From positions 21,266,001 through 21,330,000 of the forward strand of contig CM022670.1 of NCBI GenBank assembly GCA_012295275.1: DNA of 64,000 bases. The letters run 5' to 3'. This DNA comes from Chrysomallon squamiferum. Its lineage: Eukaryota > Animalia > Mollusca. Both the position numbers and the translations under genes were made by a program. Below are positions 1 through 12,835 of the stretch, piece by piece (the stretch's first letter is position 1; every line of letters begins with the position of its first letter). The notes under the pieces were generated by a model. The model had not been told where the DNA came from and made no database searches. It saw nothing but the letters and a program-made list of their open reading frames with translations.

Positions 1-236
1 AATATAAGGCTTATTTTCTTTGAACATGTCACAACAGTTATGCCAATAATGTTAAATAATGTAAAAAAAGCAATACAATAATGTGGTGTAATTTTTCTGT
101 TATATTTTCACGCTACCATTTTATCCATGTGACTTTCTTTTATGGTACAATTTTTTTTTTCAAATAACACAAACGTGAACTTAAAAAGAGATTATTATAT
201 GTAATAAAAAAAACAACAACAAGAAAAACGGGAAAC

Positions 237-377
237 CTGAAAAAAGTTATGAATTGCCATTGTAGCAGCATTTCGTATTCTCAGCAGGGCAGACATTGAT
301 ATTGTTCGTGGTCGGAGATGTGGAAAGAGTCGAGTGTAATCAGGAGGGTGTCGTTTCCGAGCTTTGAATGGATACTC
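237..377 (-). CDS. NARS2: Mitochondrial asparaginyl-tRNA synthetase, coding exon 4 (EYPFKARKRHPPDYTRLFPHLRPRTISMSALLRIRNAATMAIHNFFQ); the gene continues beyond the left edge
   Basis: 141-nt exon bounded by cag| and |gt on the minus strand. The translation matches AsnRS 'YLRQYPHFRCRT...LRIRSEATAAIHSFF'. In frame with exon 3. Confidence 0.93.
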
Positions 378-801
378 CTGAGAAAACAGAACAAGTTACC
401 CAGATATCAGACAACGAGTGCAAATTCTGCATGGATGCTAGCAATTCTAAAATTTAAACTTTATACAATAATTATGTCAAATCCATCTGAGAAAAAAAGA
501 AATTTATTTTTAAAACTCCTCATTTGTTGAACAAAATTGCAAAATGTTTTAATTTCTGGAAGCAATGAGGGACAAAAAAAAAACCGGTAGATTTTATTTA
601 ATAATAATTAATTATATACAATACATTTTCAATAAAAAAAACAATTAAAATAAAATAAATTAAGTCCAAATTAATAATTATAAATTGATTAAATAATAAA
701 ACTAGAAAAAAAAAAAAAAGTTAAAATAAGTACATTAATATTAATAACAGTAATTAAGAAATAACAATAATTATGATGAAAAGTAAACATGTTTTCAATA
801 C

Positions 802-922
802 CAGAGGGTCACATTCTCCTAAAACCGCCAGTTTCTCTGCAATGAGTTCAATTTCCTGTCCACTGTATTTACTCTTTACCAACTGTCCTTCGACAGAAAT
901 ACAGCTTCCATATGTTACATCT
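802..922 (-). CDS. NARS2: Mitochondrial asparaginyl-tRNA synthetase, coding exon 3 (DVTYGSCISVEGQLVKSKYSGQEIELIAEKLAVLGECDPL)
   Basis: 121-nt exon with ttttcag| acceptor and |gtattg donor. Resembles the OB-fold anticodon-binding segment 'FGSSVEVQGQLIKS...QNVELKAEKIKVIGNCD'. Phases fit the neighbouring exons. Confidence 0.93.
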
Positions 923-1490
923 CTGAAAAAAAAAGAATAAAACAAAGTAAAAAAACAAAAAAAATTATGTTTGTTCAAAAACACATTTTCAAATGAATTA
1001 TTACAAACTTTTGAGACTCAGGTTTATAAGCACAAATAATTCTGGAAAATGTTTTCTTAAACTGTTAAAGTAAACTTTCCTGATGTGAAAATATAGTTAC
1101 TACTAATGGGTTTTAAATTGTAAAGATCTCACATTCGAAAGATATATTTTGAAATAACCAGTGGTAAAGGTATTAAACAATCAAACTTTTTTATTTAATA
1201 TATATATATATATATATGATCAGGTTAGGCATTTAGTTGCACATTAAATGCAAGGTGCAAATGAATGTTCAGTTTGACATACTCTTTATACTAGAGTGGT
1301 TTTTTTCATGTTTCCTGTAAATGAATGGTAAGGATTACCAACTTTGTTCCCAAAACAGATCAATTATTTAACCAGTCAGGCAAATTAATCTCTTCTGTAG
1401 TGTTGTTAATCAAAACAAAACTATTTGTTACATGGATTTAGAAACAGTCCAGTAAGGCACCTCTGATTTTGTTTTGACTTGCTAACTTAC

Positions 1491-1600
1491 TTGGTTAACA
1501 AACTGGAATCACAGACAACCTGCAGTGACTGCAGAGAGGACCCATCTGACAGCTGGAGAAAAGCTGTGTCCTTGTGTTTTCTCACTGCTCTTAGCCATCC
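1491..1600 (-). CDS. NARS2: Mitochondrial asparaginyl-tRNA synthetase, coding exon 2 ([37 protein letters not shown])
   Basis: 110-nt exon with tttcag| and |gtaagt. Carries the AsnRS OB-fold motif GW..VR.....F....DGSS...LQVV. Confidence 0.95.
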
Positions 1601-1682
1601 CTGAAATATCAATCAATTTTAAAAGTATAATTCAAGTTGTGATCAACACGGGGAAAAAAGAAGTAAAAAAAGGAAATAAATA

Positions 1683-1762
<80 letters not shown>
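1683..1762. repeat. (AAT)n microsatellite
   Basis: Read directly. Similar tracts at ~2800-2900 and ~4472-4561. Confidence 0.95.
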
Positions 1763-1764
<2 letters not shown>

Positions 1765-1792
1765 TATTTTCACTAATAATAATAAATGAATC

Positions 1793-2077
1793 ATTTCATC
1801 ATGGATGCAGACATACTGAATTGTAATACTACAGAAAATTATCATTTGAAATAACTTCCGGTTATGGTGATATATACCGAGAACACGTTCTCTTGTATTT
1901 CTGTTGTACATATCAATCCCAAAATTATTGTGCCTAAAATCCTTGGAAGTAAAGAAACCCCCAAATGACTATCGTCTACACACAAATAAGATGTAGATAA
2001 CAGTTAAAAAATATTTCTGTACGTATTTTACTAATAAAATTTAATTCCAGCAGCTCTTTCGTTTATCTATTTAATTT

Positions 2078-2108
<31 letters not shown>

Positions 2109-2217
2109 AATTTCATATCAATAAAAAAAAAAAAAAAAAAAAAAAACATTGCTCTTTGCCATTATTTTTATTATTATAACTGAGTATGCCAAATATGCTT
2201 TACATTTACAACAGGAA

Positions 2218-2259
<42 letters not shown>

Positions 2260-2422
2260 AAAAATACAAAATAATAATAAAAAAAAACTATTTCAGTCTA
2301 AAACGAATACTATTAATAAATTATGATATTTAAGTATGTGTTTAAGAAAAATGTCTTTTTTAGGCACACACACACGCACATATTCATATGCATACATCAA
2401 CACCACTACTACTGCCTACTAC

Positions 2423-2461
<39 letters not shown>

Positions 2462-2858
2462 ACATACATACATACATTACATACATACATATATATATTA
2501 TATATATATATATACATTGCATTGCATTATATTAAATTCTATTCTATTCTATTATATTATTTTATGCTATGTTACAAGATAGTTATGTATGTGCAGGTAA
2601 ATCATTATATTTTTAACAGTTTCAATAATACTGACATACATACTTATAGATTTCTTATTTTCAAATGATGTAAGCAGTCTGTTGTTCGCAGTTTATCTAA
2701 ATTAAATAAGCATTACTTTTTATTTTTCTAGCTATTTATTTTTTCGGAAGAGGTAATGACCTAAACATTTACCTATTTCTCTGTCATACAAACCCATATA
2801 ATAATAATAATAAAAACAATAATAATAATAATAATAACACTAATAACACTAATAACAC

Positions 2859-2905
<47 letters not shown>

Positions 2906-3868
2906 TACTTTCACTAATAATAACAAATGAAACAAAAATATGATACATGTGTGTGCGCAAACGTGAAACGAACACTATATATGTGAGTATATTTTATGTC
3001 AATGAGATCGAACTCGATAGCGTAGACTCAGTGACAAGTATTGCTTTGCTAACCTTTGTTTTTGGAAAAATATTTCTTTTATTTATGCTTAATTGTAAAT
3101 ACTGTTGTTATTGATAAATATCACCTAAAATTAATATAACTCACTTGTGTCTATGTTTAAAAAAGGATGATCTTTGACACGACAATTATGTTTATAATTA
3201 ATGTTAACTTTTAAATAATAAATTAATTATAAATATAAAATTAACATCATAAACAGAGTTATTCACTAATTCAGCGCAAACCTCGATTTGTAACACTTTA
3301 TTTTCTGTGTCAGTCGATAAAATAGTTTCAACAGATTTACGAAATGTTGAATATCTTGCAAAAGTACACCAACTGCTTTTCAAAAGTCTTCGAAACGATT
3401 TCTGTACAGTCGGGGCGAAATATTTCATCATGGACGCAGACATATTGAATTGTAATACTGCAGAAAATTATCATTTGAAATAACTTCCGGTTATGGTGAT
3501 ATATACCGAGAAGGCGTTCTCTTGTATTTCTGTCGTACATATCAATCCCAAAATTATTGTGCCTAAAATCCTTGGAAGTAAAGAAACCCCCAAATGACTA
3601 TCGTCTACACACAAATAATATGTAGATAACAGTTAAAAAATATTTCTGTACATATTTTACTAATAAAATTTAATTCCGGCAGCTCTTTCGTTTGTCTATT
3701 TAATTTATTTATTTATTTATTTATTTAATGTTAAATTTCGTATCACACACGCAAATACTTTTTCTTTCAATAAAAAAAAAAAAAAAAAAAAAAATAAATA
3801 AAACATTGCTCTTTGCCATTATTATTATTATAACTGAGTATGCCGAATATGCTTTACATTTACAACAG

Positions 3869-3907
<39 letters not shown>

Positions 3908-4471
3908 AAAAATAATAATAAAAAAAACTGTTTCAGTCTAAAACGAATACTATTAATAAATTATGATATTTAAGTATGTGTTTAAGAAAAATTTTTTTAG
4001 GCACACACACACACACACGTACATATTCATATGCATACATCAACACCACTACTACTGCCTACTACTATCACTATATATATATACATACATACATACATTA
4101 CATACATACATACATATATATATTTATATATATATATATATACATTGCATTGCATTATATTAAATTCTATTCTATTCTATTATATTATTTTATGCTATGT
4201 TACAAGATAGTTATGTATGTGCAGGTAAATCATTATATTTTTAACAGTTTCAGTAATACTGACGTACATACTTATAGATTTCTTATTTCCAAATGATGTA
4301 AGCAGTCTGTTGTTCGCAGTATATCTAAATTAAATAAAAATTACTTTTATTTTTCTAGCTATTTATTTTTTCGGAAGAGGTAATGACCTGAACATTTACC
4401 TGTTTCTCTGTCATACAAACACCCACACACTCACATGCACTCAAAGGCTCGACCCATACTCGTACACATAC

Positions 4472-4529
<58 letters not shown>

Positions 4530-4772
4530 GCAATAGCAATAGCAATAATAATAATAATAATGTACTTCTGTCGTACATATCAATCCCAAAATTATTGTGC
4601 CTAAAATCCTTGGAAGTACAGAAACCCCCAAATGACCATCGTCAACACACAAATAAGACGTAGATAACAGTTTAAAAATATTTCTGTACGTATTTTACCA
4701 ATAAAATTTAATTCCGGCAGCTCTTTCGTTTATCTATTTAATTAATTAATTTATTTATTTTTAAATTTCGTA

Positions 4773-4812
<40 letters not shown>

Positions 4813-5381
4813 TTTATTTCAATTAAAAACAAAAAAACAAAAAAACATTGCTCTTTGCCATTATTATTATTATAACTGAGTATGCCGAATATGCTTTACA
4901 TTTACAACAGGAACTAAAAATAAATAAATAAATAAATAAAATTAAAATAAATTAAATTATAAAAAAAAAAAAAAAAAAAAAATAATAATAAAAAAAAACG
5001 ATTTCAATCTAAAACGAATAAAATTAATAAATTATGATATTTACGTATGTGTTTAAGAAAAAGGTTTTTTTAGTGCACACACACGCACGTATACACATGC
5101 ATACATCAGCACTACTACTATTGCCTACTACTACTACTACTACTACTACTATCACTATATATATACATTGCATTGCATTATATTATATTATATTATATTA
5201 TATTATATTATATTATATTATATTATATTATATTATATTATGCTATGTTACAAGATATGTATGTGCATGTAAATCATTATATTTTTAACAATTTCAGTTA
5301 TATTGACGTACATACTTATAGATTTCTTATTTTCAAATGATGTAAGCAGTCTGTTGTTCGCAGTATATCTAAATTAAATAA
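1793..5381. repeat. Three direct copies of a ~0.8-1.0 kb segment in the NARS2 5' region (1793-2793, 3422-4420, 4561-5381)
   Basis: Shared strings such as catatcaatcccaaaattattgtgcctaaaatccttggaagta and aaatgatgtaagcagtctgttgttcgcagt occur in all three copies. Confidence 0.93.
3282..3431 (-). CDS. NARS2: Mitochondrial asparaginyl-tRNA synthetase, first coding exon (MMKYFAPTVQKSFRRLLKSSWCTFARYSTFRKSVETILSTDTENKVLQIE); alternative ATG at 3443
   Basis: Arg/Lys/Ser-rich, acid-poor N-terminus like a mitochondrial presequence. The phase-0 donor gag|gtttgc joins in frame to GWLRAVR. An acceptor ttttctgcag at 3458-3459 suggests an upstream non-coding exon. Confidence 0.82.
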
Positions 5382-5536
5382 ACTTAAATTAAATAAGCTT
5401 ATTTTCGACATTAGGAACGAGGAAAACTAACCGAACAGACACTTTGCTTGCACCTGCTTGTCAACTAACTGTTTGAAGTTTCATTACAAATATGATTACA
5501 GAACACTGACGTACTTGTCGTTAAATATATATCGTA

Positions 5537-5544
5537 TGACGTCA
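5537..5544. promoter_or_regulatory. Palindromic CRE (TGACGTCA) in the region between NARS2 and LAMTOR1
   Basis: Exact motif match, ~100 bp from a possible minus-strand 5' UTR donor (cg|gttagt at 5430-5431). Function is inferred only. Confidence 0.3.
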
Positions 5545-5620
5545 GTATGTAACAAATTTAGAACCAAACAATAACAATTCTGTAGTCTGATTTCAGAAAA
5601 GTATTAGCTTATGTAGATAT

Positions 5621-5621
<1 letters not shown>

Positions 5622-5676
<55 letters not shown>
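5622..5676. repeat. (AG)n microsatellite
   Basis: Read directly. Confidence 0.95.
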
Positions 5677-5680
<4 letters not shown>

Positions 5681-6631
5681 GTGTGTGCTTTCGTGTGTGT
5701 GTGTACGCAAGCGCGTGAGCTTATAAACAAGATAACAAAATCATATTTTTCACGCACACTCGAAGGGAACAATATTTACTAAGAATGACAATAGAACAAA
5801 CACATGTACACACACACACTCACACACACATACACACACAGAATTAAATACCCATACATATTTACATACATACATGCATTCATACATAGAAAAATACATA
5901 CATACATACATACATTCATACATACATACATACATACATACATACATACATACATACATACATACAAATATACATATACATGTATTCGAGTTGTATCTTT
6001 GTTCAACCTACGTTCGATTCTCATTAGCGGCTTCTGACCTTTGTGAGGTCATGTTTGGATTAGCAATGGGTCCTCCTGAATAATGTGTATGTGCAGAGTC
6101 TATGTACAATATACTATTGTATTGTGTGTTTTTATTTTTTGTTTGTTTTTGATTATATATATTTTATTTAAAAAAAACAATTGTGTTCAAATCATAAAAT
6201 TATGCATTTTGTCTTTCTGATAGAAAACTAACGAGATTTGTAATTTTTACATCAACACTTCTATTGTTTTGTTTTATATATATATATATATTCTTCTATT
6301 GCCTTCCTTTTTTATCTTAATAAATACTACAATAATTCTGTTTCTTTATTTTTCGTCTTCTTTTGATTTATGTATAGAATTTTCCACAAAATATACACTT
6401 CATTAGTGAGAATGTCAATTAGTAATAACTGGACATCGCGATGACTGAAAGACCAAAGGAGTTAATCCGGCAGATGTCAAAAGCCAAACTGGCGCATCTC
6501 AGCATATAGTGTAATGGGATTTGATATCTGTAACGAGAAAAGACCTCCTCACAGTCCGAAATTGTAAGTAGAGGAAAGAATAGTTCCAGTTTGACTGAAA
6601 CTCTGTGTGTGTGTTTGTGTTTAATGTGTGC

Positions 6632-6744
<113 letters not shown>

Positions 6745-7911
6745 ATAAATTAATGTGATATTTGGATGGGGTTTTGGACGTGTATAACCGGCTTTATTTT
6801 AACCCTTAAGTCGGTGTAGGAAAATTGAATTAAAAGTCAATGTAGTTTCACTTTCACTTTTTAGTAAACATGATGACTGGTGTGAAGTGCCTGAAATTTA
6901 TTCTGAAATATTAAATACAAAATCGACTGCTTGATGGTTAATTATACAATCGAATCATGCTGCAGTATACTGATTATAAATCTGTTTTCACTTAAAATAA
7001 TAAAAACAAAAAGGTCACAAAATGGCGAACTGCAGTCGCCCTCCCAAAGGTGTTGCGATAATGAAAATGCTGAAAGTACATGAAATATACAAATAAATAA
7101 AATCGACTTTCTTATTATTCTTTCATTATCATTATCATAATAATTATCATCATCGTTATCATTATCAACCTATATTATTATTATTGTTACTGTTATTTTG
7201 TTTTAATTATAATAGATTGCAAAGTGATTATTTTTTCAACAGGACTGTAAATACCACATATTTATTAAGAATTAAAACTAAATACGACACTGCAGAATTT
7301 TCGAAACAAGAGTGTCAGTAGTTTTAGAATGACGTAAAGGAACGTCTTGTTTCCATAATTACAAGTATAAACAATCCTTTTGCAACAACTAATTTTAAAA
7401 TGAAAATAAAAGAGTATGTATTTTCTGGGATTACTGCTGGGCAGTTGTTAATACTTTAAGAAGGTATACTTTTATATAGCATTTCGATCGTAATACTAAT
7501 AATTATATACAATTTTAAAACTTCCGTATGAATAAATAATTGAAATATATTTATATTTGATTTATTCCAGTATGAGAAGTTAACCATTAAGACATAAACG
7601 TATTCTTCTACATTGTATAATTTGTTATTCGTTTATTGCTGATACAATAATTTTGTATATGCTGCTTACGGCACTTTCCGTTTATTAGGAACAACAATTT
7701 TATAATGCAAACTATATATATTTTTTTTATATATACAGTTTTTATTTTCTAATTAAATATAAAATAATAAAGTGGAACGTATTCAAAGTGATAAATTGTT
7801 TTAGGTCGAATTTTAAAAAAGAAATTGTATTTTTATTAAATGTTTTTCTTTTTTGTTTCCGGTTTGCCCGGTGCTATTGTCATGTGAAGGCGATTTCTTT
7901 GCCTTCGCAAA

Positions 7912-7953
7912 ATGGGATGCTGCTTCAGTAATGATGACGAAAAAGATTTAGGA
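7912..7953 (+). CDS. LAMTOR1: Ragulator complex protein LAMTOR1, exon 1 (MGCCFSNDDEKDLG)
   Basis: aaaATGG start, MGCC myristoylation/palmitoylation motif, and donor gga|gtgagt. Confidence 0.93.
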
Positions 7954-9036
7954 GTGAGTGATAACTTTTAAATAATTTACATCAGACGAAAACGAATACA
8001 AATTCAGTTTTTAAGTAGTGATCATATTTACTGCGCAGTTTGCATGTCTTGGTTTAGTTTATTTTTGTTTATATATTTTTAATTATTATTATTTTTATTT
8101 TTAGAAAATAATAATGACAACAAATCGGTATTGGTTCATCTCGGAAATAAAGCTGCATAGCAGTCGGAATGAATTATTTAATTTGAATTCTATACGATTT
8201 AGATGCAGCATTAGAACTCATAAATGTTACATATATTTTAATTTTAAATCATAGTATACTGTATAGTATAACTATAAGTTCTGAAACCACCGCAAGAATA
8301 GTTCGTAAGTTGGTTAAATGTAGCATGTTGAATATTCCTGATGATGATGATGATAATATCTTCATAATCTTGTAATCTAAGTTTTAATTGTTCTTAGCAC
8401 TTACAGCATTAGTAATTAAAAAAATGTTACAGAAATAACCTCATAAAGACATAAGATGTCTTGACTTTAAATTAAAAAGGAGTGTGCTAGTTATCTTATG
8501 ATTGATTTCTGAAAGACTGTTTAATACTTATTGTATGTATGTATATATTTGTGTGTGTGTATATATATATATGTGTGTATACATACATACATACATATAT
8601 ATATATACAGACATACATACATATGTATATATACATACATATACATGTATATATGTTACATATATATGTGTGTGTGTGTGTGTGACAGAGGTCTCACTAC
8701 ATGCTGTAAGAGATGGCAGTCACATCATCCCTTACAGCATATGACAAGTTTGCCCACCATTCAGCAACAATATGTCACCCCATTTATTTAGTGAACTTCA
8801 TTTTGTATAACAAATTAAACAGACATTTTCATTTTGTTTAATTGCAAATAAAATAAACTTGTTAATTGTTAATGCATTTGATGCAATTATTTATAGGAGT
8901 ATTATTGACAAATAAGAAATCTGAACATCGATCAAAGTCCTTGTACCTGAACATTTTCTGTATCATCCCTTCATTTACGTTCCACCAGTTACGTTGATTC
9001 CATCCATCCATTTCACAAATGCTGGGGAGATCACTG

Positions 9037-9108
9037 TGTGTGTGTGAAAGTCTGTTTAATATTTATTATATGTATGTGTGTGTTTGTGTATGTATGTATA
9101 CATATATA

Positions 9109-9182
<74 letters not shown>

Positions 9183-9216
9183 TATCATAAATATTAAACA
9201 GCCTTTCACACACACA
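9037..9216. repeat. Fold-back inverted repeat centred on (TG)n(TA)n(CA)n in LAMTOR1 intron 1
   Basis: tgtgtgaaagtctgtttaatatttattatatg is the near-perfect reverse complement of catatcataaatattaaacagcctttcacaca. Confidence 0.88.
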
Positions 9217-9498
9217 ACCCATTACAGCTATTCTCATATAATGATGTAGTCAGTCAGAGAAATGGGGAATACCATTGAATGATTGAGTATGTGGTAACAA
9301 TATTTTAATGTTAATAATTAAATTAGGTAATACTCAGGTTATTTTGCTTTAGAAATATTATAGTTAATATTACACAAATGTTTTGTTTTTAATTTTTTAA
9401 ATTTTAAAATTTTTTTTACTCATTTTTTGCTGTTTTTACATAGAAAAGAAAAAGAAGGAAGGTAATTTTAAATTAATTCTATTAATTTTATTTATCAG

Positions 9499-9569
9499 GT
9501 CTCCAATCCAAATGAAAGGACACCACTACTTGATCCAGCAAGAACTGACCATACACAGCCAGTTCCAGG
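9499..9569 (+). CDS. LAMTOR1: LAMTOR1 exon 2 (VSNPNERTPLLDPARTDHTQPVPG)
   Basis: tttatcag| acceptor and an ERTPLL dileucine lysosomal sorting motif. The donor is at 9570, or at an in-frame alternative at 9576. Confidence 0.88.
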
Positions 9570-10276
9570 GTATCAGTAATAATAATTATTTTATGTAAAC
9601 TGACAGAGAGATAATATGCATGTACACAATGATACATCTGTGCACAAACACACATACACTCAGTTATTCTATACATTTGTTATAATTTGTATTAGAGTAA
9701 TTAATGATTGTTTTAAATTGTGCTGTCTAAAAAAAGAGTAAAATTTGTCAGCTGTTCTTGAGTTTCTGTCTCTTCTTTGATTTGTGCAATTTGAAAAAGA
9801 AATTCCTAAAGGAAAATATGCACTGAACCATTAAATGTAGAATAAAAACACTTACAATTTTGATTTTATTTTATTTTGTTTTGATTTAAATTTTGATTTT
9901 GTATTGAGTGAAATAAAAGGTATCCATTCATTCAGTTTTGTAAACAGAGTGACTGATCTGGAACAAAGTTCCTGAAAAAACAATAATATATATTACTCAA
10001 CAAATGTTTGAAGTGTATCTGTATACTTGAATGTGTACATTCAGTGAAACTATCTGACCCTCTAAACATCACATCCTTAAACTAAAATAATTTAACTCCT
10101 TGGTATAGTCCAGTTTAGACAGGTATCATTCTGTATGTTTTGTTTTAGAAAGAATGATATACATATATTGTACACACATTAGACTAGTAGACCAGCCAGC
10201 ATAGAAATTGAGAATACAAATATCTGAAGAACAGATTTGAAAATGTTTTTCTTAAACATACTGATTGATGTTACAG

Positions 10277-10363
10277 ACACACACACGGCTCTTCATATGA
10301 ACAGTCGGGGAAGAAGGGAGATGATCAATGTGCTTTGAACCGAAGTTTACATCAGATGGCAAG
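10277..10363 (+). CDS. LAMTOR1: LAMTOR1 exon 3 (HTHGSSYEQSGKKGDDQCALNRSLHQMAR)
   Basis: ttacag| and aag|gtttgt. Aligns to 'DEQALLSSILAKTA'. Phase 2/2. Confidence 0.88.
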
Positions 10364-11103
10364 GTTTGTATACCTTGTGTGCTATTTATAGTGGATCTGA
10401 TGTTTCATGGCTTTTACATATCTGTGGATACATAATATTTTATCTTTCAATTACCAACAGGAACATTTATTTTTACTTAGAATCAGACAGTTTGTTACAC
10501 TGACCCTCTTTTACTGAATTATTATTATTATTTTATTTTTTTTTTGTTTATTATTGTTGTTATTTCTGTTTATTTATTTATTTATTTTTTTCATTAATTC
10601 TAAATTGTTGTTTTGAACTTTTCACCTTTGTTTTAGTGATTGTTTATATTTCTTTGATTTTTTTATTCTTAATTATATTATTTAATTTAATGACTTTACA
10701 AAGATATGTTATTATTTCAACTTATTTTACCCTTCAACTACTGAATTAATTTTGTACACACCCCACTGAAAAATTAAAAATTAAAAACAAACCCCTCTAA
10801 CTTGACTTTCGGTGTTTTCAAGAAAAAAAAAAAATGAGTAAATTACTAAATAGCATGAATGTTACCAGTGATTTTGTTTGTGATCCTTAACTTAATGGTC
10901 ACATAGAACACTAGAGATGTATCATCGGTCATGATAATACATAGCATATCTTTCCTGTACAGGCAAAACCAGATTAGGAATTCTTAATGTTAACTAACAG
11001 CTATAATAAGCTGACTGTGACCCTACAGGTATTAACATTATAATGTTACCAAATACTCATTGACTATAACATGTCAAACCTTATCAACCTTTCATATTTT
11101 CAG

Positions 11104-11178
11104 AGATGTTATTGATGTCACATCAGACTCACAGACCCTGGAACAGCCTGAGTATCATGACCGTGCAAGACAGTACAG
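11104..11178 (+). CDS. LAMTOR1: LAMTOR1 exon 4 (DVIDVTSDSQTLEQPEYHDRARQYS)
   Basis: Matches the conserved '[26 protein letters not shown]'. Canonical splice sites. Confidence 0.96.
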
Positions 11179-12045
11179 GTAATGAGTCACAGTGATATAA
11201 ATAGACACAATCAGAGAGAAGCATGCAACTTTTATTCTCAGTAGCCAATCATTCATGTTTTTTTTTTTAGTTTGTTATCATATGGTCATTAATTTAGCAC
11301 CATCCTGATTTTAAAAAGTAAGTTATATTTGGCAGCATTCAGTGTTTACTGATCCATGCCATGTAAATTGCTATTATTTATTTTTGTGAAATTTAGTATG
11401 TCACGTAATTACAGGAAAAGTAAGACGTGATACTATTCTGTATCCTCAACCAAGATGAATGACTGCTTCAGTAAGACATCTCAGATCCTGGATTAAATGA
11501 TGGATCTGACATTGTGGATCACCAGTCATCATTCCTTTTGTAAATCTGCTGAGAATTCTTATAAATTTAGGCCTGGAGGATCTCTCTGATATACCCAGCA
11601 GTCTTCAGCCAATTCTTCACAGTCCTCATTGACAAGGCTCTGTTGAGAATCCATTTATTTCTACTGATTGAAATATGAATCTGAACCAGTTGATACCCAG
11701 GTTCCCTTCATGTCAGTCCCAATTTTACATTTCATTAATCTGCCATCTACTGGCAAAATAAAAAAATTGGAAAACCTTTAGATGCTTGTTAATCATAAAA
11801 ATAAGATTATTTTCTGAAAATAAACATAATGGCAGTATGGAAGGCAGGTGGGAAGGGACATGATGTTTTCAGTATTAGTTTTGGTTTGCTACCATCCATA
11901 ACAATAATTCTGTGATAATATAAAATTGTTGGGGCTTAGACAATTTCCAGGAGTATATATAATGTAGCTAGATGGAGGGACAGAGAGAATGAATGAGATA
12001 GATTCAGTAGTGTTAGGTTCTTATTTCTTCTTTTTTTTTTTTCAG

Positions 12046-12175
12046 TAATCGACTTAATATGGTTTTATCTGGTTCTGGAAAGACTAGGATCAGTAAGCCA
12101 AATTTACCAAATGGAACAACAGTGCCGTACCAAGTTCTGTCAGCACCACCTGTTTCACTAAGTGACATACAGATG
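12046..12175 (+). CDS. LAMTOR1: LAMTOR1 exon 5 (NRLNMVLSGSGKTRISKPNLPNGTTVPYQVLSAPPVSLSDIQM)
   Basis: Poly-T acceptor and atg|gtatgt donor. Aligns to '[23 protein letters not shown]'. Confidence 0.93.
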
Positions 12176-12742
12176 GTATGTAGAGACTTTGTTTTTAACA
12201 TAGTGTCCAGATAACAACAATACTAGTTAATATTAAGAGGACGGATGCTGCTATATTTATAAATTTTACATCATTTATCAGTCACAAGATTAATCATCAG
12301 AGACACACCCTTTAGGTTATTTTTTCTTTCCAGCATGTGCCCTATTATGTAAGTATATCAGAGACTGAGGCATGCACAATGTTTTAGTGTACAGAAAGAC
12401 ATTGGTGACTGATAACTGTAACTTGAAAAGCATTTTTATGTAAAATAGTAAATGGACTTGTAATTACTTTTTATATTAAAAGATGTCAAGATGACTGTAA
12501 TTAACTTATTTACATAAATAAAGGTAAAAGAAATAGATGTATACACAGCTATGTTAAAGATAAATATAAAATACTTACTAATAATTTTTAATAACTGATG
12601 TTTGTGTTCATTTAAAAAAAATAAAATATGGATGAATATATGTGCACAAATACACATGCATTTCACTCTTACATATATAGTTATAAAGCAGACACACACA
12701 CACATACATGAATTATAATGTTGCTGCTGTTTTGTTTTTCAG

Positions 12743-12835
12743 ATAACTAGCTTAGCAGAGAAATCTTCGAAAGCTCTTAAAGATGTCAAGGTGCAGCACA
12801 AAGAGGACCTGGTTGTGCCTTTTGGGGTGCCATGA
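12743..12835 (+). CDS. LAMTOR1: LAMTOR1 exon 6, terminal (ITSLAEKSSKALKDVKVQHKEDLVVPFGVP*)
   Basis: Matches the C-terminus '[20 protein letters not shown]'. The six exons sum to 498 nt = 165 aa plus stop. Confidence 0.96.
   Translation: MTSLAEKSSKALKDVKVQHKEDLVVPFGVP

Noticed and set aside
11440-11740. GC-richer stretch in LAMTOR1 intron 4, possibly a decayed Tc1/mariner fragment
   Set aside because: Only a vague WVYQxD-like word on the minus strand, with no continuous frame or terminal repeats.
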